Origin: Octopus sinensis
Lineage: Eukaryota
Assembly (NCBI RefSeq): GCF_006345805.1
Contig: NW_021834760.1
Coordinates: 1-29,970, forward strand
Direction: 5' to 3'
DNA: 29,970 nucleotides
The position numbers and the translations under genes were made by a program. The notes under the pieces are model-generated. The model searched no databases. It saw only the letters and a list, made by a program, of their open reading frames with translations, and was not told where the DNA came from. Shown here piece by piece: positions 12,406 to 24,086 of the stretch (within the stretch, counting starts at the first letter, position 1; the number at the start of each line of letters is the position of its first letter).

Positions 12406-12486
12406 GCAGGGCCACGTAGTCGGAGTGAACCCGGAACAATGCGGTTGGGAGGCAAGATTTTTACCACACAGCCAGTCCTGCGCCTA
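12406..12486 (-). mobile_element. Family A SINE head fragment
   Basis: Reverse complement of TAGGCGCAGGACTGGCTGTGTGG...GTTCCGGGTTCAC; it truncates the PLE relic. Confidence 0.75.
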
Positions 12487-12606
12487 TGTACCTATATACA
12501 TATATATATTACAGGAAGGTTTACGAAAATAAACAAAAGACGAAGGCAGGTGGAGTACAAACAAACAATGTATTAGTATGGCGCTCAGGAATAGAAATAA
12601 AATAAG

Positions 12607-12644
12607 TCTTTTACGTTTCGAGCCTACGCTCTTCGACAGAAAGA
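12607..12644 (-). ncRNA. Minimal type-I hammerhead ribozyme motif (A6U core change)
   Basis: Minus strand: UCUUU-CUGUCGA-A-GAGC(guag)GCUC-GAAA-CG-UA-AAAGA. Helix I is 5 bp, helix II 4 bp, helix III is the palindrome ACGU, triplet GUA. Downstream of and on the same strand as the PLE at 13395-13936. Confidence 0.72.
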
Positions 12645-12789
12645 TACACAGAAAAGAAACACGGAGAGAAACAAGGAGAGAAAAAAATTGCGTGTAGGGG
12701 CTAACGATCCAACATGGCGTTCTGATTTCAGGAGAAGTCAGAGATCGGAGGTCAAATGTTAGAGGTCAGACGTTAGACGCTAGAGGGAT

Positions 12790-13390
12790 AGTAGGGGAGA
12801 TAACAGGGACAAGTGACCTCGCCCCAACATGAAGGGGTGCGTGTGTGTATAAGAGAGTATGTATGTGCATGTGAAAGAGGGCTGGTGGTCTGGACGTGTG
12901 TATGTATGTATGATGTGAATTTAATGTCGTATGATGTGATGTATAAGTAGTGTGGTGTGATGTTGTGGGGAGGTGGGGGCGAGAGTGGGGAAAGCCCATG
13001 TGGGGTGTGGTTCGGCTAGGGGTTAGGGTAGAGTGGGGGGTTGTGGGGAGAGTGAGAGGGGGAGAGAAGAGAGGGAGGGAGGGGAGGGGAGGGGAGAGAG
13101 GAGATGAGGGGGGGAGAGGAGAAGGAAGGAGAGAGAAGGAATGGGAGGGGAGGGGAAAGGTGGAGAGGGAGAGGGGGAGAGGGGAGGAGAGGAAGGGGTT
13201 GAGAAGGGGGAGTGAGGGAGCAGAGAAGAAAGAGAGAGGGGGAAGAGGGAAGAAGAAAGAAGAAAGACTAAGAGGGAATAAGGGAAAGGAAGGAAGAGGA
13301 GGGAAAGAGTAGGGTGAAAAGATGAAGGATTGAAGAGAAGTAGGAGTCGGGGGGGTTAGATGAAAAAAGGGGGTGAGATGAAATGGGGGG
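12790..13390. repeat. G/A-rich low-complexity tract (polypurine on +)
   Basis: Direct reading; explains the P/S/L-rich and G/R/E-rich spurious ORFs. Confidence 0.9.
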
Positions 13391-13394
13391 GAGA

Positions 13395-13936
13395 GTTGAC
13401 CAAATGGCGTAAAACGCGAAGAGAGAAGATTAATCCTGTTCACGGCGCAAACGGGAATCCGGATGGCCTCTGTGCAAGACAATCCGAACACAGACAGGTG
13501 TTGCAAGGAGTGACCGGTGGAGCGGAAATGGCTTGTGACCGGTGTGTCATTGGCACGGCGGATGTCTTGGAGGTGTCCGCGAACCGGTCAGCCAAGCGGC
13601 GTCCCGTTTCTCCGATGTACAGGGAATGGCAGAGAGACAGGAGATGCAATAGATGATATTGCTGAAGTTGCAGGTGAAGGAGTTGATGATGTGATAGGGT
13701 CGATGATGGGTGCCAGTGAGGAGGGTGGTGTTGGAGAGGTATGGGCAAGTGCGGCAACGTGGGCGGGAGCAGGGGAACGAGCCAGGTTGGGAGGTAGGGT
13801 CAGGGAAGAAGCTGTGAACCAAGAGGTCTCGTAGGTTATGGGCTCGTTTGAAAGAGGGGAGGGGTCGGTTAGGGAAGAGGTGTGAAGTGGACGGGTCGGA
13901 CTGGAGATGCCGGAAAGCTCGAAGAATGGTGCGTTG
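13395..13936 (-). pseudogene. Penelope-like element (Neptune-type Cys linker) GIY-YIG endonuclease relic
   Basis: Stitched: QRTILRAFRHLQSDP...FKRAHNLRDLLVHS...FPCSRPRCRTCPYL...FTCNFSNIIYCISC / LCHSLYIGETGRRLADRFA / ...SHFRSTGHSLQHLSVFGL, with several frameshifts. Confidence 0.9.
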
Positions 13937-14754
13937 TGTGCGTTTGTGTGTGGGGGGTGTTAGTGTGTGAGGGAGTGTTTGTGTGTGGGGTGTGTTTGTG
14001 TATGTATATGCATGTATATAAGTCTTTCTACGAAGCTACTGAAATGCGGATGGTGCAGACCCGAAATTCGATCTCTGTAATTTCGGTCACTTTACCCATA
14101 AATGAATATTTTACCACAAATCGTAAGAGTTAAAAAGTTTTTTTTTTCATATTTGTCAATTCTACAAAGTATAGGGATATAACTTCATATAAAATGTTTA
14201 AGTATATCAAAATACAAGCATATAATTTTTGGTCCTACCTATAGAGAGAAACAAGTCATTTACACTTTTAAGGAAGAATTCAACGATGACTAACGGAGTA
14301 AGTTACAAGGTCAAATGCGATAACCGACAATTTGATTCTCTCCTTTGGGAGAATGTCTAATATATAGAATTATACAAAAGTAGGTTGCACGAAAGCAACA
14401 AAAGGTAGTTTGTTTTTTGTGCATTCAAGAATGTTTCAAACCTCAACTAAAACAACTCAACGTTGACAAATGTAGGAAATTGCCCACGTACGTGTTCACA
14501 CATGCATGTAAGAATTGTATGTGTTAATGCGTGAACGTGTCAATGTATGCTTAGATAGGCGCGCATAGACTTGTATATAGAGAGAGATATTTGTGTATGT
14601 ATGTATATATATGTGTGTGGGTGTGTGTGTATGTCTGTAGGTGGTTAGTGGTTGTTTGGTATGACTATGAACATACATACACTGGCTCAGAGGCACAAAC
14701 CAATTTGTAAATTTACAGATATATGTATGCGTATGTTATATGACTAATGCCATA

Positions 14755-14819
<65 letters not shown>

Positions 14820-14833
14820 ATATGTACATATAT

Positions 14834-14871
<38 letters not shown>

Positions 14872-14972
14872 ATATGTACATATTATATATATATATATGT
14901 GTGTACATATATATATGTATATATGTCTATGTGTATATATATATTCTATATATATATATATATATATATATA
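14755..14972. repeat. (TA)n microsatellite
   Basis: Direct reading. Confidence 0.97.
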
Positions 14973-14978
14973 ACATGT

Positions 14979-15347
14979 ATTCTTTTATTCTTTTATTCCT
15001 TTTGTTGTTTCTGTCATTTGACTGCGGCCATGCTGGAACACACGCCTTTAGTCGAGCAAATCGATCCTAGGACTTATTCTTTGTAAGCCTAGTACTTACT
15101 CTATCGGTCCCTCTTGCCGAACCGCTAAGTGACGGGTACGTAAAGACACCAGCATCGGTCGTCAAGCGATGTTGGAGGAGACAAACACAGACACACAAAC
15201 ATATACATATATATATATTTATATATATATACGACGGGCTTCTTTCAGTTTCCGTCTACCAAACCCACTCACAAAGTTTTGGTTGGCCCGAGGCTATAGT
15301 AGAAGACACCATGTGGTTGGTAAGCAAGCTACCTACCACACAGCCAT
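14979..15347 (-). mobile_element. Family A SINE with internal deletion of the B-box region
   Basis: GAAGACAC|CATGTGG at ~15309 replaces the ~37 bp TTGCCCAAGG...GAACCCGGAAC seen in the copies at 20881-20930 and 21721-21770. Confidence 0.88.
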
Positions 15348-15734
15348 GCACTATATATATATATATCTATATATATATATATATATATACGTACATATAT
15401 ACAAGTATATGTGCGTATGTATACACACACATTGAGACATTCATGCAATTTGATATACAATCAATTTATGCAGACGTGAGCACAACTGCGTATATATACA
15501 CGTGCATATACATATACGTACATAGTGCATACAAACCTACATACATACATGTATATACACTTACACACTCATACGCATACAGAGACAGAGATGTATATAT
15601 ACCTATATTCCTACATACGGCACGAACAAATATACACAGATACGCATAAGTGTGCATGCGTATAAATTCATACATCCGTACGAATTTCCACAAGTGCGTG
15701 CTCACGCATAATACCTACATGTGCATATAATACA

Positions 15735-15786
15735 TTATATATATATAACTATATACTATATATAATAACTATATATATATACATAT

Positions 15787-15822
<36 letters not shown>

Positions 15823-15837
15823 ACTATATATAATATG

Positions 15838-15869
<32 letters not shown>

Positions 15870-15902
15870 TTATATATATATAGTATATATATATATATAT
15901 TA

Positions 15903-15937
<35 letters not shown>

Positions 15938-15943
15938 TATATT

Positions 15944-16008
<65 letters not shown>
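15735..16008. repeat. (TA)n microsatellite
   Basis: Direct reading. Confidence 0.97.
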
Positions 16009-16009
<1 letters not shown>

Positions 16010-16513
16010 CTTTAATATGTTCGTGTTATTTCGTGCAAGCAAACTGAGGGTAAATTACACGCATACATGCACACACAGTGACAAAGACACAAAGACACCC
16101 AAACGCTATCTATCGTTTGGAAAAAAGCATATTCTCTCATATACGAAGAATATAGAAGACATATAATATATAGAATATATAAGCGTATCACACAGAAATA
16201 AGCACCAAAAATAATAATAATAATAAAAACGAAATGGAATTGGGAACAAAAAACAAATAGAATAAAAAGTAAAAAGCGAAGGAAAAAATATAGATGGAAA
16301 AGTACGCATAAAAATACGCATTAAAAAAAATATTTAAAAGTATGTGAAAAGTAGATACCTGGTGGATGTAGGATGGGGGAGGATTTGAATGTTAGGAATA
16401 GGTTTGTGAGTTCGGTCAGGGAGAATGCGAAATGAAATGTGCAGAGAAAATGTGCTACAGCCTTCCACCCACACCCTAGGGGCCCATTATAGATTTTTAT
16501 TGCCATTTATATA

Positions 16514-17800
16514 TGAGATCATCCTATAAGTTCTGTCCGATTTTACCTTTTTTAAATCAAATGAAATTTAATAGTATTCTAGAATGTCTAATGGAATTAA
16601 AAATTATTTTTACGCATTTGTGTACTTTAAAACTAATTAAATATTATTTTACAGAATAATAGAATCAACATTACTTTGATTAAAACCCTTTCTAACAAGG
16701 AAGTACCCAAAGAGCATTTAAGGCACATAAAGCTTTATGAGTACAAAAAAGGAAACTCTGCAGCCGAAGCGACTCGAAACTACACTCAGTTTATGGTAAA
16801 GAATGCTTGAATGAAACAACTTGCAGAAGATGGTTTTCAAAATTCAGAAATGGAGATTTCAGCCTTTAAGATGAAGATCGAACAGGACGTCCGGATGAGT
16901 TTGATGATAAGCTCCTTGAGGCATTACTTGAAGAAAATCCTACATTATCAGTTGAAGAATTGGCAATAAAGCTTAGTTCAAACCATACAACTGTTCGTCG
17001 TCATTTTCAACAACTTGGAAAGTTTCCTAAACTTGGAAAATGGGTGCCCCATGAATTGTCCGAAAGCAACTGCAAATCCCGGGTTGACATCTGCTCTTCT
17101 CTCCATTCTCTCGAACTCATTTCACTCTCTTTTGGATAGACTTGTGACTGGTGGCGAAAAATGGATCATCTATCGAAATGTTAAACGTCGCAAACAGTGG
17201 CTCGGTAAAAGGTAAAAAGCTCAACCACAACAGAGAAGGAAACTTCATGAAAAAAGGTTCTTCTTTCTATTTGGTGGGATTGCAAAAGAGTAATTCACTT
17301 TAAATTGTTACCAACTAATGCAAGAATCAATGCTCAAGTCTACTGTCAGCAATTAGAGGGTTTGAACCAAGCTTTGAAGAAAAAAAAGACCCGCTTTAGT
17401 GAATCAGAAAGGAGTGATGTTTCATCAGGACAATGCGTGACCCCACACTGCAAATATCACATCACAGAAGAGCGGAGTGCTTGGTTGGGAAAAGATTCCT
17501 CATCCACCTTTTTCTCCCGACCTTGCTTCTTCAAACTACCATTTGTTTCGTAGTTTACAGAATCATTTGGGGAACATAACTTTCGCAAGCCAGGTGGAGG
17601 TCGAAACTGACATTTCAGAGTTCTTCGGTTTGAAACCAAAAGAGTTTTACATTGACGGGATTAAAAAGCTTGAAAATAGATGGAAAGAAATCATAGATAA
17701 TCAGGGAAAATACATTGATGATTAAATTTCAATTAAATATAACATTTGATCACTTGTTTTCTTTATTCAAAATTCGGACAGAACTTATGGGGTGACCAGA
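16514..17800 (+). mobile_element. Full-length (~1287 bp) decayed mariner, different lineage from 4946-6215
   Basis: Imperfect TIRs TGAGATCATCCTATAAGTTCTGTCCGATTT and (reverse complement) TCTGGTCACCCCATAAGTTCTGTCCGAATT. TA at 16512-13 and 17801-02. Confidence 0.93.
16697..17725 (+). pseudogene. Mariner transposase pseudogene
   Basis: (K)EVPKEHLRH...RTGRP...KWVPHEL...VTGGEKW...FHQDNA...HPPFSPDLASSNYHLFRSLQNHL...GKYIDD*. Start codon lost; first and third catalytic D changed to G and N; stops and frameshifts. Confidence 0.93.
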
Positions 17801-17811
17801 TATATAGATAT

Positions 17812-17962
17812 GACGGTTTTCTTTCAATTTTGGTCTACGAATTACACTCAAAAGACTTTTATCGGCTCGGGGCTATAACAGACGACGCTTGCCCAAGATG
17901 CAAACAGTGGCACTGAACCCGAAACCATGTAGTTGGGAAGCAAACTTCTTCCCACACAACCA
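17812..17962 (-). mobile_element. Diverged family A SINE 5' half
   Basis: TTGCCCAAGATGC...CTGAACCCGAAACCATG...CCACACAACC matches the reverse complement of the head. Confidence 0.75.
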
Positions 17963-18816
17963 CAGAGGCACCAGTTTTTGGGGTTTTTTCTCTATCCTTC
18001 TCTTTTTTAGACGTCAAGACATCGGGGGTTTTTTACCATCATTTTGACATGGCAGCCGCAGCCTTAATGTTTATTTAGCCTCTTTACAGTTTTGCCGTTG
18101 CTTCTCCTTTCCTCCATAACTATCAAACGTTTTAGCGACCATTTTGTTGGCTTCTTCGAAAGCAGAAAATAGCTTATATTCTTACCTTTCTTTTTTTTAT
18201 CCTTATTTTTTGGCTTTATTTTTGCTTTATTTTCGTTTTAGCTTGCCATATTTTAGTGCTGCGATACATAATATATTTCTGGTTGTAGAGAATGCTTAGT
18301 CACCAGTATTTTTGGTAGATTTATTTTTTAACTGTGTGTTTTTGTGTGACCCATTCTAAATACAGGCGTTAATTTTCGTTTTATGTCAAAAATATTGATG
18401 TCCAAAACTTTTATTTTTCTGCATTTATCTCTGTTTTATGTCTTTCTTCTGTCCGCCATATCTCAGTTCTCTTCTTTATTACCAACCAAAATAGTTTTGT
18501 CATCTTTTTATACAATTTCTACGCTTTTTAATCTCAACTTCCATTTCTTCTGAGAAGATATATTCTATCGATACTAGTTTTAGGATACAATAATACATTT
18601 TCGGTTTCCATTTTTCATGTTCTGATATCTACCCTAATTTAAACTTTCCTCCATTTTATAATCCCAACTCTGTACCTTATCATCGAAGCAGCTTACGTGT
18701 TTATTGTCATAACTGTGTATTTTTCCGTTCAATTGCATTTTTAAAAAAAAGAACTAATTTCTACTTTCTAAAATATTCGTTTTTAAATACCATTTCTCTT
18801 TCTTTTCCATTGATTA

Positions 18817-19053
18817 TGGCCGTTCGCCAGCCTCGTCTGGCACCTGTGTCGGTGGCACATAAGAAAACACCATCTGAGCGTGGCCGTCTGCCAGCCTCGT
18901 CTGGCACCTGTGTCGGTGGCACATAAGAAACACCATCCGAGCGTGGCCGTCTGCCAGCCTCGTCTGGCACCTGTGTCGGTGGCACATAAAAAACACCATC
19001 CGAGCGTGGCCGTCTGCCAGCCTCGTCTGGCACCTGTGTCGGTGGCACATAAA
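18817..19053 (+). repeat. 63-64 bp minisatellite, about 3.7 near-identical copies
   Basis: Unit starts TGGCCG at 18817, 18881, 18944 and 19007; no variable spacers. Confidence 0.97.
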
Positions 19054-19230
19054 ATCACCCACTACACTCTCGGAGTGGTTGGCGTTAGGAAGGACATCTA
19101 GCTGTAGAAACACTGCCAGATCTGACTGGCCTGGTGCAGCCTTCGGGCTTGCCAGACCCCAGTTGAACCGTCCAACCCATGCTAGCATGGAAAGCGAACG
19201 TTAAACGATGATGATGATGATGATGATGAT
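18817..19230 (+). mobile_element. 5'-truncated retroposon 3' end with (GAT)n tail, including the minisatellite
   Basis: After the repeats: GGTTGGCGTTAGGAAGGACATCTAGCTGTAGAAA, resembling the GGAAGGGCATCCGGC motif of many invertebrate SINEs, then CCAACCCATGCTAGCATGGAAAGCGAACGTTAAAC(GAT)n. Confidence 0.6.
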
Positions 19231-19342
19231 ATGTTCCCAGTATGTCTAAATATTTTTAGCTATTGTGCTTTAATCTCATCACCTGCCCATCTGGTAACGC
19301 AATGCCATAAGTTGATGAACTTCTTCTCATCTCCATAATCAT

Positions 19343-19758
19343 AGCCGTGTGGACAAGAAGCCCGCTTTGAAACTTTTCTGATCCCCTGTGCGGCACCTTG
19401 AGCAATCATCTTCAATTATAGCCCTAGGCTGACCAATGACTAGCGAGTGATGTCAGTAGACGGAAAGTAAAAAGAAAATCGTTGTGTGCGTGTATATATA
19501 TATATATGTGTGTGTTGTGTGTGTGTATGTGTGCGCGCGCGCGTTTGTGTGTCTGTGTTTGCCCCCCCCCCCAACATCGCTTGGCAACCGATACTAGTGT
19601 GTTTACGTCCCCGTAACCTAGCGGTTCGGCCAAAAGAGACCGATAGAGTAAGTACTAGGCTTACACAGAATAAGTCCTGGGGCCGATTTGCTCGACTAAA
19701 GGCGGTGCTCCAGCATGGCCGCTGTCAAATGACTGAAACTAGTAAGAGAGTAAAAGAG
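19343..19758 (+). mobile_element. Family A SINE, diverged head, followed by (TG)n to ~19866
   Basis: The 3' half 19550-19758 aligns closely to 190-400. Confidence 0.85.
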
Positions 19759-19787
19759 TATGTGTGTGTATGTGTGTGTGTGTGTGT

Positions 19788-19868
<81 letters not shown>

Positions 19869-20132
19869 TGCAAGCATAAGGCTGAAGAGAGGATTTAATA
19901 ACAAATTTCTGGCTATTAATATGCTGAACAACAGGCAACATCAGATATTATATTTTGGGTGATTTCCGGGCCTTGATAAGGCAAGAAAACCACCCAGTTG
20001 CATTGATATTAACGGCAAAGACACACAACACGAAGCTGAAGATCTACTATATCGGAGGACAGAGACTCCTGCTGCAACTTGTGGGATACATCTCGGTTTC
20101 CAGCCCCTTAAAAAAAAAAAGAAACTTTTAAC

Positions 20133-20192
20133 CAGTGGTTACCAAACTTTTTGGGGGCTGCCCCCTTAGCATCCGGACCACATTTCTAGCGT
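20133..20192 (+). mobile_element. Possible solitary hAT (Charlie-like) terminus
   Basis: CAGTGGTTACCAAACTTTTT resembles the CAGTGGTTCCCAAACTTTT hAT TIR. No partner TIR seen. Confidence 0.3.
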
Positions 20193-20489
20193 GGTCCCCG
20201 GTCACATGCATACACAATTTGGAATCTGTAGCACATTGCTGTCGACTGACGACCGTCGCAGAGCATTCGCTGACCGATTATCGATGCAAACGTAGCCTGG
20301 TTTTGAAACGGGTTCTAGAAACATGTTTTAACAAAAAACTAAGGGGCATCTCACTTCCAAGGGTCTTCCGGCATGCTGGGCACCAACCTAGAATTTCTGA
20401 GGGCCCGTGCTGTTGTTAGACAGTCGTTGAACCTACATATCTGATCTGATCTCTTTTGATATTTTCATTCATCTCCTTCCTTGATTCTT

Positions 20490-20764
20490 CTTCACACTTT
20501 AGCATTTAAACTCTTTACTCTTTTATTCTTTTACTTGCTTCAATCATTTGACTGCGGCCATGCTGGAGCAACGCTTTTAGTCGGGCAAATAGACCCCGGG
20601 ACTTATTACTTTGTAAGCCTAGTACTTATTCTATCGGTTCTTTTTGCCGAACCGCTAAGTTACGGTGACGTAAAACACACCAGCATCGGTTGTCAAGCGA
20701 TGTGGGGGACAAACACAGACGCACAAACATACACACACACACACATATATCATATATATATATG

Positions 20765-20812
<48 letters not shown>

Positions 20813-21140
20813 GACGGGCTTCTTTCAGTTCCGTCTACCAAATCCATTCACAAGGCTTTGGTCGGCCCGAAGCTATAGTAGAAGACACTTGCCCAAGATG
20901 CCACGCAGTGGGACTGAACCCGGACCCATGTAGTTCGTAAGCAAGCTACTTACCACATAGCCACTCCTACGCCTATAACTGGCTAAATCTGACCCCTCAC
21001 ACCTACCCTACAATGCCATTCTAAGGATAAATTGTCACCTGATCAAAATCTTGAAGCTTTGAGATAATGTGTGATTAATTCAAAACTGGGAATAAATAAG
21101 TATTACATTTGATAGAGTTATCTGAATGCCAAAGGGTTAA
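20490..21140. mobile_element. Possible piggyBac-type MITE split by the SINE at 20511-20975
   Basis: Right end TGCCAAAGGG-TTAA (21137-40), i.e. reverse complement TTAA-CCCTTTGGCA. Degenerate left end TTCACACTTTAGCA. Confidence 0.35.
20511..20975 (-). mobile_element. Family A SINE, full length
   Basis: Head, expanded internal (TA)n and tail are all present. Confidence 0.92.
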
Positions 21141-21149
21141 GAAAACAGT

Positions 21150-22540
21150 TTTACTTATTTTGGTGTATTCTCTGTATCTTTGTTTTTTTATCTAACTTCT
21201 TTCTCTGTTGCAGGTTTTTTTTTTATGTTATATTTTCTTTGTGAGTCAATATTCTTCCTTTGGGATGTCAGCTGAACTTTTCTTTGTCTTTCCAAATGAT
21301 ACGCATTATATATTTCGATTTTATATTTGGTTTACAAGATTCTTGATGTTGACTTGCGTCTTGAAACAAATTTTCTTGTATCCCAGGAGGATCATTATGC
21401 CAATAATAAACGCACTCTTCTACTCTTTACTCTTTTACTTGTTTCAGTCATTTGACTGCGGCCATGCTGGAGCGCTGCCTTGAGTCGAGCAAATCGACCT
21501 CAAGACTTATTCTTTGTAAGCCTAGTACTTATTGTATCAGTGTCTTTTGCCTAACCGCTAAGTTACGGGGACGTAAACACGCCAGCATCGGTTGTAAAGC
21601 GATGTTGGGGAGACAGACACAAACACACACACACACATATATATATATACGACGGGCTTCTTTCAGTTTCCGTCTACCGAATCCACTCACAAGGCTTTGG
21701 TCGGCCCGAGGCTATAGTAGAAGACACTTGCCCAAGGTGCCGCGCAGTGGGACTGAACCCGGAACCACGTGGTTGGTTAGCAAGCTACTTACCACACAGC
21801 CACTCCTACGCACTAAGTAGTTCTGTTTCACTTCATGTATTATTAGTCAATTCTTTATCTAACCAATAGACTATTTGACTAATCGTTTGGTCAGTCACTC
21901 AATCAATCAATCAATCAATCAATCATCAATCAATCAATAAGCTAAGTTTTTCGAAATCTTTTTCATCGTCATTCGCTCTCATTTACTAATAATAATAATG
22001 AAGATGAAGTGAAATAGAACCAGTGCGTGTGTCAATTGGCGTAATGACTCTTCCCTTAAACACCAGTATTTTTTTATATTTATACTTCCTCGTATTCTTT
22101 TCTACCATGACGGTTCTCACTTCTCAATTCCACTTGTGATGTCTTGCAATCCAAATGCCTTTGTCGCCAAAGTATTCATGTTCTCGCCAAATTGTTCGCT
22201 TCGGTTATATCACTTGTGTTTACATGACGGACAATTACATTCCCAGTTTTCGTTTGCTCTCCCACTTTAGCCCTATCAACATTCTGAAACGATTTTCTGC
22301 CACCAAAATCTTTCTATTCCATTTATTTGAACAACTTTCCTCTGCAAATCTTTATCTTCATTGCTTAATACATTCTAATCATTCAACGATGTATTTCTTC
22401 CCTCTTGCACCTCCATGTCACATTCAAGCTTTACATTTCCATGAGAATTCTTCCATTATTATTTTTTTTTCTTCTTTCAAATTTGCTTCCATTTCTTGCC
22501 GAGTGTCTTCCCGACACCTAGGGTAAAGAAATTCATAGTA
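21150..22540 (-). pseudogene. Heavily decayed Dong/R4-type LINE ORF (N-terminal region), interrupted by a SINE and (TCAA)n
   Basis: Minus-strand peptides in order: NTSDITEANNL (~22190-22215), EPSW*KRI (22093-22118) and QRKYNIKK...LQQR...KIQR (~21170-21241). These resemble the R4/Dong motifs ITETN.L, EPWWKRRI and RKYNIKKK. Confidence 0.5.
21414..21811 (-). mobile_element. Family A SINE, full length
   Basis: All domains present; possible short TSD ACGCACT. Confidence 0.92.
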
Positions 22541-22656
22541 TACATTGGTAGGCCATTAAACTAAACTCAATAGTTCGTTCATTTTTTTTTTTTTTAAGTT
22601 AAATTAAAATACATGGGTAGTAAAAGTTCTTTATTATTATCATTATTATTATTATT

Positions 22657-22810
22657 AAGGCGGCGAGCTAGCATAATCGTTAGTACGCCGGGTGAGATGC
22701 TTAGCGGCCTTTCATCTGCCGATACGTTCTGAGTTCAAATTGCGCCGAGGTCGAAGTAATTGACTAAACCCTCTGCCAAATTTTCAAGCCCTGTGCCTAC
22801 AGTAGAAAGG
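22657..22810 (+). mobile_element. Family B head with alternative short tail (B'), (ATT)n on both sides
   Basis: AAGGCGGCGAGCTAGC...GAGTTCAAATT...CCTACAGTAGAAAGG(ATT)n. Confidence 0.8.
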
Positions 22811-22879
22811 ATTATTATTATTATTATTGTTATTATTATTATTATTATTATTAGTAGTAGTAGTAGTAGTATCATTTTT

Positions 22880-22953
<74 letters not shown>

Positions 22954-22960
22954 TATTATT

Positions 22961-23141
22961 GAGGTATCGCGCTAGCAGAATCGTTACCGCGCCGGGCAAA
23001 ATGCTTAGCAGTGTTGAGTCCGTCTTTACGTACTGAGATCAAATTCCGCCGAGTTCGACTTAGCCTTTCATTCTTCCGGAGTCGATGTGATCAGCTATCC
23101 CCCTCCTCAAAGTTTCAGGCCTTGGGCCTATAGTAGAAAGG
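22961..23141 (+). mobile_element. Second B' SINE, (ATT)n on both sides
   Basis: Same head and same CCTATAGTAGAAAGG(ATT)n end. Confidence 0.78.
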
Positions 23142-23180
<39 letters not shown>

Positions 23181-23389
23181 TATTGTCTTTGCACAGCTTC
23201 TAACACTGGAGATGTACTACGGTACCAGCTGTTCACTACCAGTGAACTAGGGTAACACTCCTTTATTTTTCGAGCACCATCCAGAGTATTCGAGCGGTTC
23301 CAAGCAATGCTGTTTTCTGCAAGTGCTCCACCCTTATTGCAGCCCCTATATGTTCCATGTACTTCTCAAGATTTTTATGCACTCTTCTC

Positions 23390-23390
<1 letters not shown>
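23181..23390 (-). mobile_element. 3' end of a Dong/R4 LINE flanked by (AAT)n on both sides
   Basis: 23390-23263 reads RVHKNLEKYMEHIGAAIRVEHLQKTALLGTARILWMVLEK*. QKTALLGTARIL is the R4/Dong terminal motif; a short 3' UTR follows, then (AAT)n. Confidence 0.85.
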
Positions 23391-23424
<34 letters not shown>

Positions 23425-24062
23425 GCACGTAGAATGTCGCCAGGCGCTCACAGCCCTCTACCAGTCGGGCAATGGGTTCGGTGGATATTCTGCTTTAGAA
23501 ATTTACAGAGGATTAGTGGCGGGGAAGTGCGACGACGTTCTCGGGGAGACTCTGGATGCCGACGACAAAGAACTGACTAGTCTTTTCCGGTGGACTTTCC
23601 GGTTGGGAACTATCATGGATAATTTCCAGACGTCCTAGCCCTGGCTGTGCTACCAGGAGGGGCGCTACCGGTTCGAGATAAACTCTACAGTCACGGATGT
23701 GCTGTCAGACAAGCTAGTCTGAGGTGCGCGCAGAGTGACGAAACCGTTCTGCACGCCATCGCTCAGTGTTTCATTTGTGACTTATGGAGTTATGTCGCAC
23801 CGCTGCCCTCCTTCAATCGGGCAGGCAATGTAGTTTTCCTTTGCCTGATGGCTGTGTCGAAAGAGGTTTGGTGAACAAGGCTGAAAGACATGAAGACAGA
23901 TACATTCTTCTTTAATAGAGCTCTCACTGACTTCTTCAAGTTTCACTTGAAAAAGTAATCGAGAGTGGAGAGGGAAGTGCTGTCCTCGAGTGAGTTTATT
24001 GAAAGGTGAGTGAAAGTTGCGAAAATAGCAATAGTGGATGGTACCCCTCTGAGGGTTGAAAA
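23425..24062 (+). pseudogene. L1-Tx1-type LINE ORF2 C-terminal relic (zinc-knuckle region)
   Basis: ECRQAL...EIYRGLVAGKCDD...MDNFQTS*PWLCYQ / GALPVRDKLYSHG...LRCAQSDETVLHAIAQC...LWSYV...FLCLMAVSKEVW*TRLK; stops and frameshift. Confidence 0.75.
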
Positions 24063-24086
24063 AGTTGGGCCGGAGAACGAGACAGA

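Noticed and set aside
12766-13506. 246-aa ORF, the longest in the track
   Set aside because: Only the first few residues are PLE-derived; the rest is translation of a C/T-rich low-complexity strand.
14273-14297. 25-nt micro-exon candidate (TTTTAAG|...|GTAAGT)
   Set aside because: Such signals occur by chance in AT-rich DNA; no supporting evidence.
16321-16506. 61-aa minus-strand ORF in unique-looking DNA
   Set aside because: No recognisable motif and weak acceptor context.
17990-18760. Possible old LINE RT C-terminal relic on the minus strand (IKRKLT...FRMGH)
   Set aside because: Only faint motif similarity among many stops; needs a profile search.
18817-19053. CRISPR-like repeat array
   Set aside because: Units are contiguous with no unique spacers, the context is eukaryotic and there are no cas genes.
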